Notes: generated by a model from the letters alone, not told the origin. Counted from the first letter of the whole stretch, positions 12,095 through 24,933 are shown. The stretch is DNA of 63,776 nt, filler included, from Rhabdomonas costata (GCA_019059605.1; 49 parts of 49 records of this genome joined end to end with filler, not necessarily neighbours in it), one strand, 5' to 3'. Numbers and translations: made by a program.

Positions 12095-14907
12095 GTGTCC
12101 GCCGCCATGCGCTGTGCTGTGCTGCGCAAACTCCGACTCTTTCTGGTCCCCTATGTACACCTGCATCTGTTGCTTGGTATGACTGCCGCGATGGCTACTT
12201 CTTTGGACAGCACGCCCCGGCTGACCGATTGCCGAAAACGTTTTCCCCGCTGATTGTGTGATCCGTTGTGACGGCATAGCAAGAGAATGCAGATTTCAGC
12301 TGTTGGTGTTTGCGACAACACCCCCGCTCAAGTACAAATATAAGTACATATATAAAACTTGAAAATAGTGTAAGCCTTGTCGTTGGAAAGCGAAGAAAGT
12401 GATGAAACAGACTTTTGCAGTTGACGGCTTTTTCGCAGGAGGATGTGGTCACGAGTTTTGCTGGAGGTGCCTGGCCCCTTACGCGAAAATCCTGCGGCGA
12501 GGCAATCACCACCACCAACCCACGTGCATCTACTACGCCGAGTACCACAGCGACGGCGAGGATGACGGCGATGAGTAAAAAGGCGAAGAGGAGAGAGTGA
12601 GAGAGAGGTGCATGTGTGTGGGCAGGGCTTCTCTGCCTCACACAGACCCGTGTGATCATAGAATCCAATTGCACCTCATCCCAAACGGATTCTGGGGAAC
12701 TGCACCGGTGGATTTGGCACCAAAATCTTGGGACAATAAGTTGTGGGTGCGACTGTGTGTGGGTGCGGAAATGGGGCTCAGGAAACGGGAAACAGTTGCG
12801 TTGCAACTTTGTAATAAATTCAGCTAACTCCACGCCCCGCGTTCAAGCCACTGGAAACAGCTGCTGGCAGTAAACCTTTTGACAGGTACCCTGGAAAGAA
12901 ACCAGCTCGATTTGTTTCCACATATTCCACACAAAACCNNNNNNNNNNNNNNNNNNNNNNNNNNNNNNNNNNNNNNNNNNNNTTAATTAATTAANNNNNN
13001 NNNNNNNNNNNNNNNNNNNNNNNNNNNNNNNNNNNNNNGGGTGGGGTGGATAATAATTAAGCATATGATTTGATTATTATAATATGATTTGTAAAAAACC
13101 ACATTATAAAAATAGCGAATGTCGACGTTTTGACAAAATGTGCAAAATGCGCACCAAAAGCTTTGCAAATTTAACAAGAGGAAAGTAATTAAAAGCATTT
13201 TTTGGTGGAGTCTCTTGGCATAAATGGAATTCTGTTTTTCAAACAAAACTTGAGTGGTTTGCATTCTGACATAAAGTAGATCCATGCAAACGTGTGGGTG
13301 CATGAAGCGTAAACAACGGCTGGCAACCTGGAAGATTTCTGTCGAAAAAACTCAAACGTTTTCCGGAATGGCATTGTTAAATGCTCTGGGTGTTGTACCA
13401 ATTGTTTTCTGTATGCCAAATACACTTGCTGCAGCAGCCTAAATGGTCGGAGTTGTTTGCGAAGTTGCGGTGATTTTGTGTGATCTGAGTTGTAGTGTAT
13501 ACAATTGCCATCGACATTGTTGCAGACGTTGGCAATTACACGTGCAATTATACCACACTTTAATCGTACACGCAAACCTCAGGGTCCATTTGAAATCAAA
13601 CCCACGGTAACCAAAGGCTTTGTACTTTGAAACTGGAACCAAAAACCAACACCACATAACCACAATAAAATAGCAAATGCAACAGCGTAAATAAAAACCC
13701 ACGAAAACAAAAAACATAAACAAAACCTCCTAATACAAATCATAAGCACAATGCTACTACAGACAAAATACAACTAATGTACGAACTAGAAACAATCACA
13801 AGCAACACTACACTACACTACACAACACTACGCTACGCGAATATACCAGCCACAGCACAAAACCACAACCCACACCAGCACAGTCTCCTACCACCACTCA
13901 ACGCACTACATAATACCAGTAACACATCACAGCTACCAGCATTGGTACCGAATACCAAACACCTCCACACATACACTGCAATAGCATCATACGCACAGCA
14001 ACTACACAGACAACACCGCAATCAAGCAAAGGCACAGAAATACACTCCATTAGTCAAGCCAGTGCAGCAAAATACGACATCATTCATTAACAAAACATCA
14101 CCAGAGAGAATCAATACACCAACCCAAAGCCAACATACACCGAATCACAAATCACACCAGCAGAACACACCCACAGAACCAACCCATCACAGCTAATTCC
14201 TACTACCAACACACTACAAACCACATACCTAACCACCACCACNNNNNNNNNNNNNNNNNNNNNNNNNNNNNNNNNNNNNNNNNNNNTTAATTAATTAANN
14301 NNNNNNNNNNNNNNNNNNNNNNNNNNNNNNNNNNNNNNNNNNTCTGTCCTTAACGTTTTATGGGTTCTTCCCCCCCCCCCATTGCAACGGGTCCACCGAA
14401 CTGTTTTTCATGTCGACTTCCTCGATCTGTGGCTTTTTCCGGGTGGTGGTGGAGGGACACATATAGCGTTGGAGCTGCTTAACGATAAACATGGTAAATT
14501 GTGCCTCATTGAATAGCATCGGCTCAAGCTTCATGTCAACTTAACGTTGTTTTGGGTCATAACGTCGTTGTACGGTTTAAATTTTGTTGTACTTTTCAGG
14601 CACCCCCCCCCCGCAAAAAAATGAGTCATACTCAATGATCCCTTATCCGACAGAATTTTGTGAGAACTGTGAGTCCATTCGAGCGCTATTGGTGGGCACT
14701 TTGCTCGATTTGTTTTCCCGGTTCTAAAATGCTGATTACAAAATTCCGCAGATTGAATTTGTGAAATTCTGAGTTGGCCCTAATGTCTGGTGATGGTTGC
14801 AAAGTCTTGACTTGGGACTCTCTGCTTTCTCTTTGACATCCTTCTCAGTCCTGGTCTGTTCTTATTTTTCAACACTCCTCGTTTTCATTCCTTCGGTTGC
14901 GAACGTG

Positions 14908-15532
14908 ATGAAGCTCGTGGTGTTCGCTGTGCTCTCCCTGGTCGGGGCTGTTCTAGGGGGGTGCCCCTCAGACAAGCCCGAGGCGCGATGCTTTGTGCAG
15001 CCCTGCAAGGTAGCCGTTTGCCCGGCCTTCCCAGACGCCCCCTGCAACGACGACTACTGCGGAGGATGCTTCGCGCGGTTCTCGGACCCTACGACCCATT
15101 TACCTTTGAGCCGGGAGCAGTGCGACTGCAGGAAGTCCTCCAAGGTATGCACTGCAACTCTCTGCCTTTTTACAACTTGCAAAGAGAATGCTTCGACGTT
15201 CTCTTGGGCGGTTGATTGGTTCATCGTGTATTTGTGTGCAAAATTTCGCACGGCAGCTCGGAGTCTTGACTCCGTTTTTACGACTCACCCGTTTCCTGTT
15301 CCTTCCTCAAGTGTCATCATCACTCTCGTTGTTTTGACCGTTGGTTTGGGCCCAGAGCCCGACTTGCACGAGCCCGCTGCGTCGGCACTTGCTACGTCGG
15401 CACCCTGACGTGACCCCAACCCGGAGCTCGGAGCTCCTCCCAGCCCAGTCGGAGGCTGAGGCGCCCATTGTCCCCGTTTTTTTTTCAGGGACTCCGCTCC
15501 CGGGACAGCACCCTGGCTGGTGGTTTTTGTGA
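14908..15532 (+). CDS. Small secreted cysteine-rich protein, exon 14908-15144 and probable exon 15356-15532
   Basis: Signal peptide MKLVVFAVLSLVGAVLG, then CPSDKPEARCFVQPCKVAVCPAFPDAPCNDDYCGGC; AAG|GTATGC donor and in-frame CCCAG acceptor. Confidence 0.7.
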
Positions 15533-17394
15533 TCGACTGTGGAGGCNNNNNNNNNNNNNNNNNNNNNNNNNNNNNNNNNNNNNNNNNNNNTTAATTAATT
15601 AANNNNNNNNNNNNNNNNNNNNNNNNNNNNNNNNNNNNNNNNNNNNCACGTTAGTGACGAGAGCGGTGCATCGGTGGACCGGTGGACGTGTCGGGCAACG
15701 GATTCAGAAAACCCCTCCACGTGCCAGGTGCGGTGGTTGGGAAAAGCCCCCGCTGTTTAGAGAGCTGAGTGTCGACCAAATTCCAGGCAACACCATTCCA
15801 TTCCGAGTGTCGTTTTTGCCGCCCGCCCAAGGGAAGCCAACAGGGAAGTACGAGGGCCTCTATAAAGCACGAAACGCCTTCAGTAGAGCCAAATTTATCT
15901 GCGGCTTGTATCCCTGAAAGATCTGGAAAGTGAAAGATCCAACCTGCTTCCACCATGTGGCCGCGCCTGGCATCACGAGAAGCAAAAAAGCCCAGCATAA
16001 CACGCCACGGGGCCAGATTAAGCAAGTCCTCCTGGCTCGAATAACGGGTCCCCCCATTTTCAGCAAGATCAATGCCTCCCAATTGCGGTGAATTTCCCCA
16101 CCTCGCGGTGTCCCTCGATTCTGAAAGGAATACGAAGTTTACGTGTTTGTTTTGGAAGGCCCGGCGGCGCTTGACGAGATTGTTTTGCGGTGTTGTGGCC
16201 TTTCCGTCCGAAACGCTCCAGTTCCCTCCGGTGCTTGCGTTTCTCGCGATTTGAGAAAACGGGGTGGTTCGAACGCTGGTTCATTGGACGTGGTTGGAAG
16301 CGCTATCGTGTACTCTTCGTTTGTTGTCTTCGAATGTCGACTCCCGCGATGCTCCCGATGGAGCTGCCGATGTGGTGGCCTTGTTTCCAAGCCTCCTTGT
16401 TCCGAAAAATTCGTAGCCGTTTACGCTTCAATTGTTCAATACATTTCCAAATTATGAAGTTGAATAAACCCAAATCGCGGAGTTTTGTTTAGGATTGAAT
16501 GCAAAAAGTTATGCCTTGTACGAAACCGAACCAAGACATTACGGCGGGGAAAAGTTCCAACCAAAATAGAAACATTTCATGGCTTAGAAAAATTAACAAA
16601 ACCATCAAACCCAACACGAACATGCACAAGTACAACGAAATTAACAAAAAAAAAAAAACAGAGCCAATATCCAATATCAAATAATGACGGATATTGATTT
16701 CAGGAAGACCCAGCACACACACACACACCGCATAAAAATATAAATAAACCCAAGTTTTATTGGGCTTCTCCCGTTGTTCTATTTCTCCCTAGCTCATTTG
16801 TGGCCCGAAACGGCCTTGAAAAGTACGGCAATCAAATACTACAAAACCACNNNNNNNNNNNNNNNNNNNNNNNNNNNNNNNNNNNNNNNNNNNNTTAATT
16901 AATTAANNNNNNNNNNNNNNNNNNNNNNNNNNNNNNNNNNNNNNNNNNNNGTGTTGGGTGTGGTTGGGTTGTTGGTTATTTTTGTCATGGTGAGGAATTG
17001 CTTGTGCGTTGTTCACCCCGAGGAAAGGAAGCACGAGACTGCACTGCAACAGCGGAATGGGGATGAATAGGTGCAGAACAGGGGCCCCGTAACTTTTGGT
17101 AAATGCCTCCGGTAAACCAACCTTCTGCGTGCGCTAACGAACGTGACTTGCATTTCAATTGCAGCGCGGTTGCTGTTGTTCGTGTGTTCTGCTGTTGACT
17201 GAGGTTTACTCAAAGAAAGTACCTGAAAGACCTGCTTTTTTGTCGTCATCAGCCATTGGTTGTGTTATTGGGAAATCATTAGGAGAACCACGTCATGGAG
17301 CTTCGTCTTCTGGCTCTCCCTCCACTGCGCTTCTTTCGCTCGGAGAGAACGGGGAAAATATGTGGTAGATATTTTTGCTTCTGTTCTTGTTCAG

Positions 17395-17547
17395 GGACAG
17401 CGGTATCATCTACCGCGGGATGTGGGAGAAGGGCAAGAAGAAGGGCCAGGGCACCACCACCTTCTCCAACGGCGACACCTACACCGGCGAGTTCGACGAC
17501 AACGAGTTCAACGGCCAGGGGGAGTTCAAGTACGCCAATGGCGACAG
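17395..17547 (+). CDS. MORN-repeat protein exon
   Basis: YRGMWEKGKKKGQGTTTFSNGDTYTGEFDDNEFNGQGEFKYANGD between TTCAG and GTAG. Confidence 0.93.
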
Positions 17548-18284
17548 GTAGCAGCCCTCTTCAGCCCACCGTTCCAATTGCAGTGCTTGTCATCTGTAAA
17601 AGAGTCGCCAAAGCACCGCCGTCTCCCAGACTTCTTGAATTTTCTTCTGTTTCCTTCGGCTACTTTTGTTTTCTCCCAACAGGGGTCAAGGGACAACAAA
17701 CGCCGGTCCACGAATCACAGAAGACATCAGAGCCAGCATTCAGAGCGAGGTTTTTGTACATTGCTGCAAGGGCGGGCAGGCAGGCACCAGACAAACAGCA
17801 AAGCAAAACCATGTCCATTTACTGCGAATAAGACGAAAAAATCAGTTTCCTTCGTATACTTGTGTTTTTTCCCAGCAGGGGTCAAGACAAAACAAACACA
17901 GGCCCACGAGACACAGAAGGAAAAACCGGAGGAGGTGCCGCAAACGCGAGGGCATGGACCAGAGGGCATGCGGTAGGGCGTGACCTATAGCACAGCGGAA
18001 GAACAGAAGGCAGAGGAGAGAACACGAACTGGGCGTCAGCATGTCTGTGCCAAGCGGCAAGTGGAAGGGCGTGACCTCCAGCACTGCGCAAAGAGGTGTA
18101 GGGACGCTGGGGTGAGGGCGTGTCTGCGGCGAAGACCAACAGTGAGGACGTGAANNNNNNNNNNNNNNNNNNNNNNNNNNNNNNNNNNNNNNNNNNNNTT
18201 AATTAATTAANNNNNNNNNNNNNNNNNNNNNNNNNNNNNNNNNNNNNNNNNNNNTTTTTGGGGTACCTTGTTTTTGAGGTTCCC

Positions 18285-18755
18285 TCCAACGTTGCTCACC
18301 GCGGCGGTGCATGAGGCCACGATGCCCCAGCTCACCATGATCCGGGCAATCCAGCGGCTGGGCTGGGCCCACTTCAGCGCAACGTTGGAGGGAACCTCAA
18401 AAACAAGGTATCCCAGAAAGAATATCGACAGCGCAAGGGAGAAGGAGTTGTCGTCGATGTGCAAGTCCCGGAGCATCTGGCCATCATCCATCACCTTTGC
18501 GTTGCCAATGTTCACCCGGTCAAGATAGGCAAATATATAGAGAAGGCCAATCCAGGGAATGATGCGAAGGTCTAGCTTGCGGAGCAGTCTGGACTCGGGA
18601 TCGAGCTGCTGACCATCACCAAGAAAGTCTGCTGGCGGTGTATGATCCGGAGCAACGGGCGTCAGCTCACCTTGCGGAGTTGGCGAAACCCGACCGCTGG
18701 GAAGCAATAGGGTGATCGGAGGGGTGGGGGAGCTTAAGGCTGAAGTAGTTGCCAT
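18285..18755 (-). CDS. MFS transporter, anion:cation symporter (Tna1/Dal5-like), N-terminal part
   Basis: ESRLLRKLDLRIIPW...AYLDRVNIGNAK...FFLGYLVFEVPSN...PSRWIARIMVSWG; 3' end broken by a fold-back chimera. Confidence 0.93.
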
Positions 18756-19716
18756 TAACGGTAATAACGGTAATGTCAATACTCAAGAAGAAGACCAGGG
18801 GCTAATAGAGCAAAAAAAAACTACTACCTGATGAAGCACCGGTCAAAGCACCATGCTCAAACATGACTTCAGAGTGCAGGATGCGAGCTCGATTTGCAGG
18901 GTAAAAAGGCATCATGCGCGGTGTCCTGAAAGACCAGTTGTGATATGGTTGGCTCTGCTGAAAGCATCCAGTCAATTAAAGTCGTCGGTGGTCTGGAGAA
19001 CCCTCCCAAGCCGGACATGAAATTTAAAAGCGGTCACGTAGCGTGTGTTACGAGTTGCCTGGCTCATAACTTTGAAGCCCTTGAACCCCTGTAACCATCA
19101 CGAGGTTCTGAGTCACGCGCAAAGCAATAGGATAAGCTGCTCAGTTATCCGACGCCGTCAATGCCAACTGCCAATTTAACCTGGTCATCTAACCCCTTTG
19201 GGCACAGTTGACTTGGGTTACTGGCTAATCCGCAATTACCTTTCCCCGGTAAGCTCGCGTAAAACAACAACAAACCAACGAACACGAAAGTACACGCTCT
19301 TCGACTGCAAGCAGTCAAGAAGTTCAGACTTTACTGCAGTAAGGAGGAGAGAGAGCCATCATGGCAAGGCACAATGATGGAGACTGCACAAACTGAGCAG
19401 AGCTCGCAAGGAAGTCTGCTTTTTCATGAACCCCCAAAAGCACAGAAAAAAAAAACACNNNNNNNNNNNNNNNNNNNNNNNNNNNNNNNNNNNNNNNNNN
19501 NNTTAATTAATTAANNNNNNNNNNNNNNNNNNNNNNNNNNNNNNNNNNNNNNNNNNNNAAATGGAGTGTATTCGTGAGGTGGGGTGGGGTGGGGGCATCA
19601 CTACAGCAACACCCACGTCAGTGGCAGGCGCGGTAAAAAACCACGCAACACTGGGATTGGGAAGGCTGGGGGGTGAGCCGGACCCACGGCGAGGGCAGCC
19701 CCCACAAAGGGGAAGC

Positions 19717-20755
19717 CTACGAGGCGTCCTGCCCAGGCCCAGTGGAGAAAAGCCTTTTCTTGTACGAGTGCAGGCTGTGGACTCCTCCTGGCGAGACGGG
19801 GGGAAGGGGGAGGTCACATCCTCTGGGAATACTCTGGGTCGGTGCATGCCCATGTCCGAAAATTGTTTCCAAACAGGCAGGCTGCTGTAGCATTCCGTTC
19901 GACTGCGTTCTATGGGACCGATCAAAGCGCCTCGTATCCTCTTGCATGTTGTCATACACCTATTTTTTCTTTTTACTTTTGGCGCTATGTCCTGTGCAAA
20001 CGCAGGCTCTCAGCATCGCAGCTCTCAAACTCCAAGCAAAGAGAAACCGCAAAAAGCAATTTTGCAGTCTACCAGAGACAGTTTAATTCAGAATAAACAG
20101 GGCACGGAGACACTGCACAGAAAACAAGACATGTTTTCTTTCGGGCTGAAGCGCACGAAAAAAGTCACGATATTATCGTAGCGATTCTTGCAGCCCACCG
20201 TCGAACTGATACAGTGCAATCTTACTGGGTCCTTCAAACTCGCCCAGCTTTGTTGTTGGATAAACCAGGCCAAGTCAGTTAGGCTCAAAAATTGGGACGA
20301 TGTCAGGGTACGACGAGTTGGTACGCCAACTCAACGTGACCTCGCAGGCAATGACACACCTTCGGTCTGAGCTGCCGGCGTCCTGCGCTCGAACCGCACG
20401 CGGCCTGCCTGAGAACTCTCACGGAGCTGCAGCAAAAGAAAACCTAACACTGTCCTGGCGAACTGGAGAACCTGAATGCACACGTAGCCTGAATGTACAC
20501 GTAGCCCTGCCACACAACTCTCCCTGGGCAAGATATGAGCAAAGGCATTGAGCCAGAGAAGATGCAAATGGCCATTGTGGACTGGACAAAGCCGGGATGA
20601 CGTAAGTACCAATGAAGCGACTGGAATAGGCGTGTACGGAGTGAACAGGTACCTCTTTCAGGCTGCGCTGGCCCAAGTCCTGGCACGAATGCTGCAGTCC
20701 TTTAATGAGATAGGGCAGCAGCTCTTTCACTGAGCCCTTGTCCAGCACCGTGCCC
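19717..20755 (-). CDS. IMPDH: IMP dehydrogenase C-terminus, three exons (~20755-20653, 20426-20360, 19787-19717)
   Basis: Two GT-AG introns give VLDKGSVKELLPYLIKGLQHSCQDLG...RFERRTPAAQTEGGVHSLHSYKKRLF...stop, with consistent phases. Confidence 0.95.
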
Positions 20756-20869
20756 CCACCACNNNNNNNNNNNNNNNNNNNNNNNNNNNNNNNNNNNNNN
20801 NNNNNNTTAATTAATTAANNNNNNNNNNNNNNNNNNNNNNNNNNNNNNNNNNNNNNNNNNNNTGGTTTT

Positions 20870-22055
20870 GGGTTCAAATGCGAGAGTTCATACGGATAAC
20901 TCGACTTTAAGCTATTTGCAAAAGAACACACGGCCTTCTCCAAGGCAAGTGCAGTGGTCGGAGAGACTACAAAGGTATACTTTGCAGATTGCCCACATGT
21001 CAGGAAGGCAAAATGTCGCTGCGGATGCCTTATATAGGCACCCAGTGGACGAAGCGAATCTATGATTTGCAGAGATGGGGTTTGTGTTGAGTTTGGCGAC
21101 GTTGATGTTCAATGAACCGCTCTGTGCACCTTTAAGGGTGGCAGCAGCATGCGATACAGAGGATTGGTGGGCCTACTAGTGGCTTGACCCAGTAGTGCGG
21201 AAGAGGTATTTCAATGTTACCACTGCAGAGTTGTTGGACCCTACAAAGTGGCACCATGGTAGACTTTGGGAGCTGGGGAAGATTGTGGTACATTTCCATA
21301 GTGAGTTAGAGGTGATTTCGCGGTACCACGATTCTCCAGCAGCAGTGCATTGTGGAGTGGCCGAACGGCCTCCATGATAAAGCGCACTTACACGTTCAAT
21401 AAAATCAAGAGAAATGTGCGAGCTTATGTGAGTACCTGAGATGTATGTCAGAGATTCAAAGCGTACAACCATTTGCCAAGAGGTCATACACAGTTGTTGG
21501 AGGTGCCCGTGAGGAAGTGGGAATCAATTTCATTGGATTTAGTTTCCATGCCTCCAGGCCCTTGGAAGTTTTTAGGCAAAGGGCAGGTGGTGAATGAGGT
21601 GTTTACCGTTACAGATCTACAAGATGGTTGTGTTGATACCGTGCCATAACGAAATAAATGCCCACAACATAGCAGAGTTGTTTTGTTGTTTTGGGGGGTA
21701 GTGAGACACCATGGCTTACTGAGGAGCATTGTGAGCAATCGAGATCCGATCTTCATGTCAGTGTTCTGGAGAGGTCTTATGGCTTTCCTGGACATCCAGA
21801 GCAGAATATCCTCGCCGTACCATCCACAGATTAACGGGCAAGCCGAAAGGACCAACCAGACCATGAAGCAGGTGATGACTACGCTGATGTACACTACGCT
21901 GACGTATTTTCATCCAGGCACAACTTGGATGGATCTTTTTGTCCTGGTGGAGATTGCAATCAACAGTGCGCCTATTGCCAATACATAGTACAGCCCATTC
22001 TTCCTGACTTACGGGTACCACACGCTGTTCTGGTGGGACCTTCCAGAGTCTACAG
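20870..22055 (+). mobile_element. Decayed Ty3/gypsy pol (RNase H end, zinc finger, integrase), same family as 1-1205
   Basis: VHTDNSTLSYL...RQVQWSERL...GRQNVAADAL; YHDSPAAVHCG; IVSNRDPIF...SPYHPQINGQAERTNQ; internal stops. Confidence 0.93.
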
Positions 22056-22717
22056 AGCCAACACCACNNNNNNNNNNNNNNNNNNNNNNNNNNNNNNNNN
22101 NNNNNNNNNNNTTAATTAATTAANNNNNNNNNNNNNNNNNNNNNNNNNNNNNNNNNNNNNNNNNNNNGGTGTTGGGTTTGCGATGCAGATGCCTGCGCCG
22201 CAAACCCGACAGTCCCCAGCATGGGTGGGCAGGTGACGACATGCGTGAACGGCTACTGCAACCAGCTGCACGGCCAGTGTGTCTGCGCTGACGGGTGGAC
22301 CGGGAAGTTCTGCCAGGTCCGTCCACATTTGACAGACACACCATCGTAGGAATGAGAGCTGGCTTGCTTTCAGACCCCAACCCACAAATATCTGCAGGCC
22401 TTTGCAGTGAGCTGAGCTGAACGAAAGGGGGGTGGGGAGTGCGGCAGTTACGGCAAGGAAACGCAAAAAGGAGAAGAAGAGTCAAGCACGTCCCAGCTTC
22501 GCAGGCATCGAAGCCTCCAAGCGGCAGCTGCGCGACACGTTGCACCACGCTACCACACTGAAACCCGTTGGGGGCGGGCTACGACTGTTTTTCCTTTCCT
22601 TTACAAAAGATCGCACCGTTGGATGCGTGAGCGTGAACGACGGCATGTGCTTCGTTGCTTCTCTTTTTGCTCTCTTTCTCGCTCATTCTCGGAACTATTT
22701 GTCGCTGTGCGGCCCAG

Positions 22718-23261
22718 ATCCCGCCAGGGGGCCAAGCCGTGGGCACTTCAGGGTTTCAGAAGTACCTGCTGCGCCTGCCCACGGGAGTCACCACTCACCT
22801 CACGGTGACGTATTACGGAGGAGGCTATGAGGCTGGCTCCTGTGGTCTCTCCGCCGCCGCCCCTCATTCCCCTCACCGTTCCACGCCAAACCTCATTGAA
22901 GAGTTGTCGCTGCGCTTCATTATCAACGCATGGCTATGTCGTGAAATGATTAAACTGTCTTTTTTGAAGGTGCGGGGACAGACCCCCCACCCCCTCACCC
23001 GGCCAACAGAATTGGGGATCGTTCCTGTGTTCGTTACGGTGCATCTCTCACCCGCACAGTCACGGACGGCTGATCTCGGACGAGGTTCCCAAGTTTTCTT
23101 CACACATCACGTCACTAATCTGCTATTGTCTGGTATTTTCACAGGGTATAAGATCTGCCCACCGGGAACCTCCGTGGGCACCAACGGCTGCACGGTGCCG
23201 CTACCCCTATACACCGACCCTGTCACCGGGGTGACCTCCCGAGTCAACGGCGTTGCCGCGG
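22718..23261 (+). CDS. Unknown, probably extracellular protein; exons 22718-~22840 and 23145-23261
   Basis: CAG acceptors, G|GTGCGC donor, GC3-rich frames IPPGGQAVG...YYGGGYE and YKICPPGTSVGTNGCTVPLP. Confidence 0.55.
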
Positions 23262-24933
23262 GTGCGCATTCCCTCCCCCCTCCCCTGAAGCCCACCTCAT
23301 TACAATTGATTCTTGGATCCAGTTTGATGAGGTGGGCTTCAGGGGAGGGGGGAGGGAAGGCACACCAACAANNNNNNNNNNNNNNNNNNNNNNNNNNNNN
23401 NNNNNNNNNNNNNNNTTAATTAATTAANNNNNNNNNNNNNNNNNNNNNNNNNNNNNNNNNNNNNNNNNNNNGGTTGGTTTTTTTGGGTGAAAAACTCGGC
23501 CAAACTTTCGTTTTCGAATGTTTGGGGTGCGGGAAAACGCGTTTTCAGGCTTGACCTGCCGTATTTTCGAACTTCCTTAACCTTGTAAATGCTAACACAA
23601 CCCTCCAAGCGAAGACGACCGGCGCGTCCCCGGAAGGGGCCACGTGGCGTGGATGAACCTGCAAACAAAATGACAGTCCGTTCGGGACTCCTTGGTACTA
23701 GCGCCGTACTTGTGGTCTGTGTGCATGTGTGTGCGTTGTTGAGAGAATGTTTCCAGGAAAGGTCGTTCTATCCTTGTTGAGAGCCCAGCGTCCAGAATCA
23801 TCTCTCTCTTATTTGTGGTGCCATGCAACCAGCAGCAACCCAGGTATCACTCCGAATACGGCCTGAAACTCAAGCTACTGTCCTAAGTTTTAGATGTATA
23901 GATCCTTTCTTGCCGCAAACCTCACAGGAGGTATACCCAGCACATCCTTCGGGCCCTTGACTTCTTGCACAGCATCGACATCTTGCACTCAGACGTGAAA
24001 GGTGCTTCCCACCATTATTCATTCTTTCACACACGCACGGTTTTGAGCTGGTGCGGCTTTGAGGTCCCACGCACCCTCCCTTGTTTTCTGTGGTGGGCAA
24101 TGGACGCTAGAGCAGGACCAAGGTATGTCTGTTGCCGTGTATCGTTACGTTTTGGGGTTTGTCACGCAACTCGAAAACAGCAATGCACCGCATGCCGACC
24201 GAATGTCTCGAATCAGCCCCTCTTTTCCTGAGTGAAGTTTGCACCCGTGCTTGGAAGAACGGTGGCTGGATCCATTCCAAAGCCGCGCAATTGGTTACCC
24301 TTCGAACGACTGATAAGCAGCAGTTTATGTTTCTGAGCTATTCGTAGCGGTTTTCTGTCATCCACCTTTGCCTTGCCCTCTGCAACGCTTGCTGGCTCAC
24401 TGTTATGTTCCGACTTCTACAACACGCGGACATATACTGGTGCACACAAACGCTCCCGCTTTGCTTTTTGCTTGCCCCCGCCCCCGCTTTTTTGTGTGTC
24501 CTTGCGATCAGCGTACACTGTACTATCGATCAGTTGAAGTTGTTTTGGCTAGGTGGGAACATACGTACCCAGGATCCAAATAGAAACTTTGCATGGGGTT
24601 AGAAGGCGATACGTGGGGTTAGAAGGCGATGCAAAGTTTCTATTTGAATCCTGGGTACGTATGTTCCCCCCCAACNNNNNNNNNNNNNNNNNNNNNNNNN
24701 NNNNNNNNNNNNNNNNNNNTTAATTAATTAANNNNNNNNNNNNNNNNNNNNNNNNNNNNNNNNNNNNNNNNNNNNTTTTGGGGAAGCCCAAGTTGAAGGA
24801 CGTATGTTTCATTCATATCCGTGCACGTTTTCCAACATCCGTCCTTCAACTTGGGCTTCCCCAAAAGAACCGTTCAATCAGGAATGTTCTTCTGTTCTTC
24901 TGTGTTGGGACATCAGTGTTCTGGGCTTTGCAG

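Noticed and set aside
13777..14196. 139-aa Thr/His/Gln-rich plus-strand ORF
   Set aside because: Expected by-product of A/C skew; no recognisable motif
18264..18410. 32-bp inverted repeat inside the MFS gene
   Set aside because: Breaks a conserved reading frame at the palindrome CAACGTTG near the contig start; a template-switch chimera
24776..24866. 27-bp inverted repeat upstream of the PA2G4 exon
   Set aside because: Starts at the first base of the contig; same artefact class
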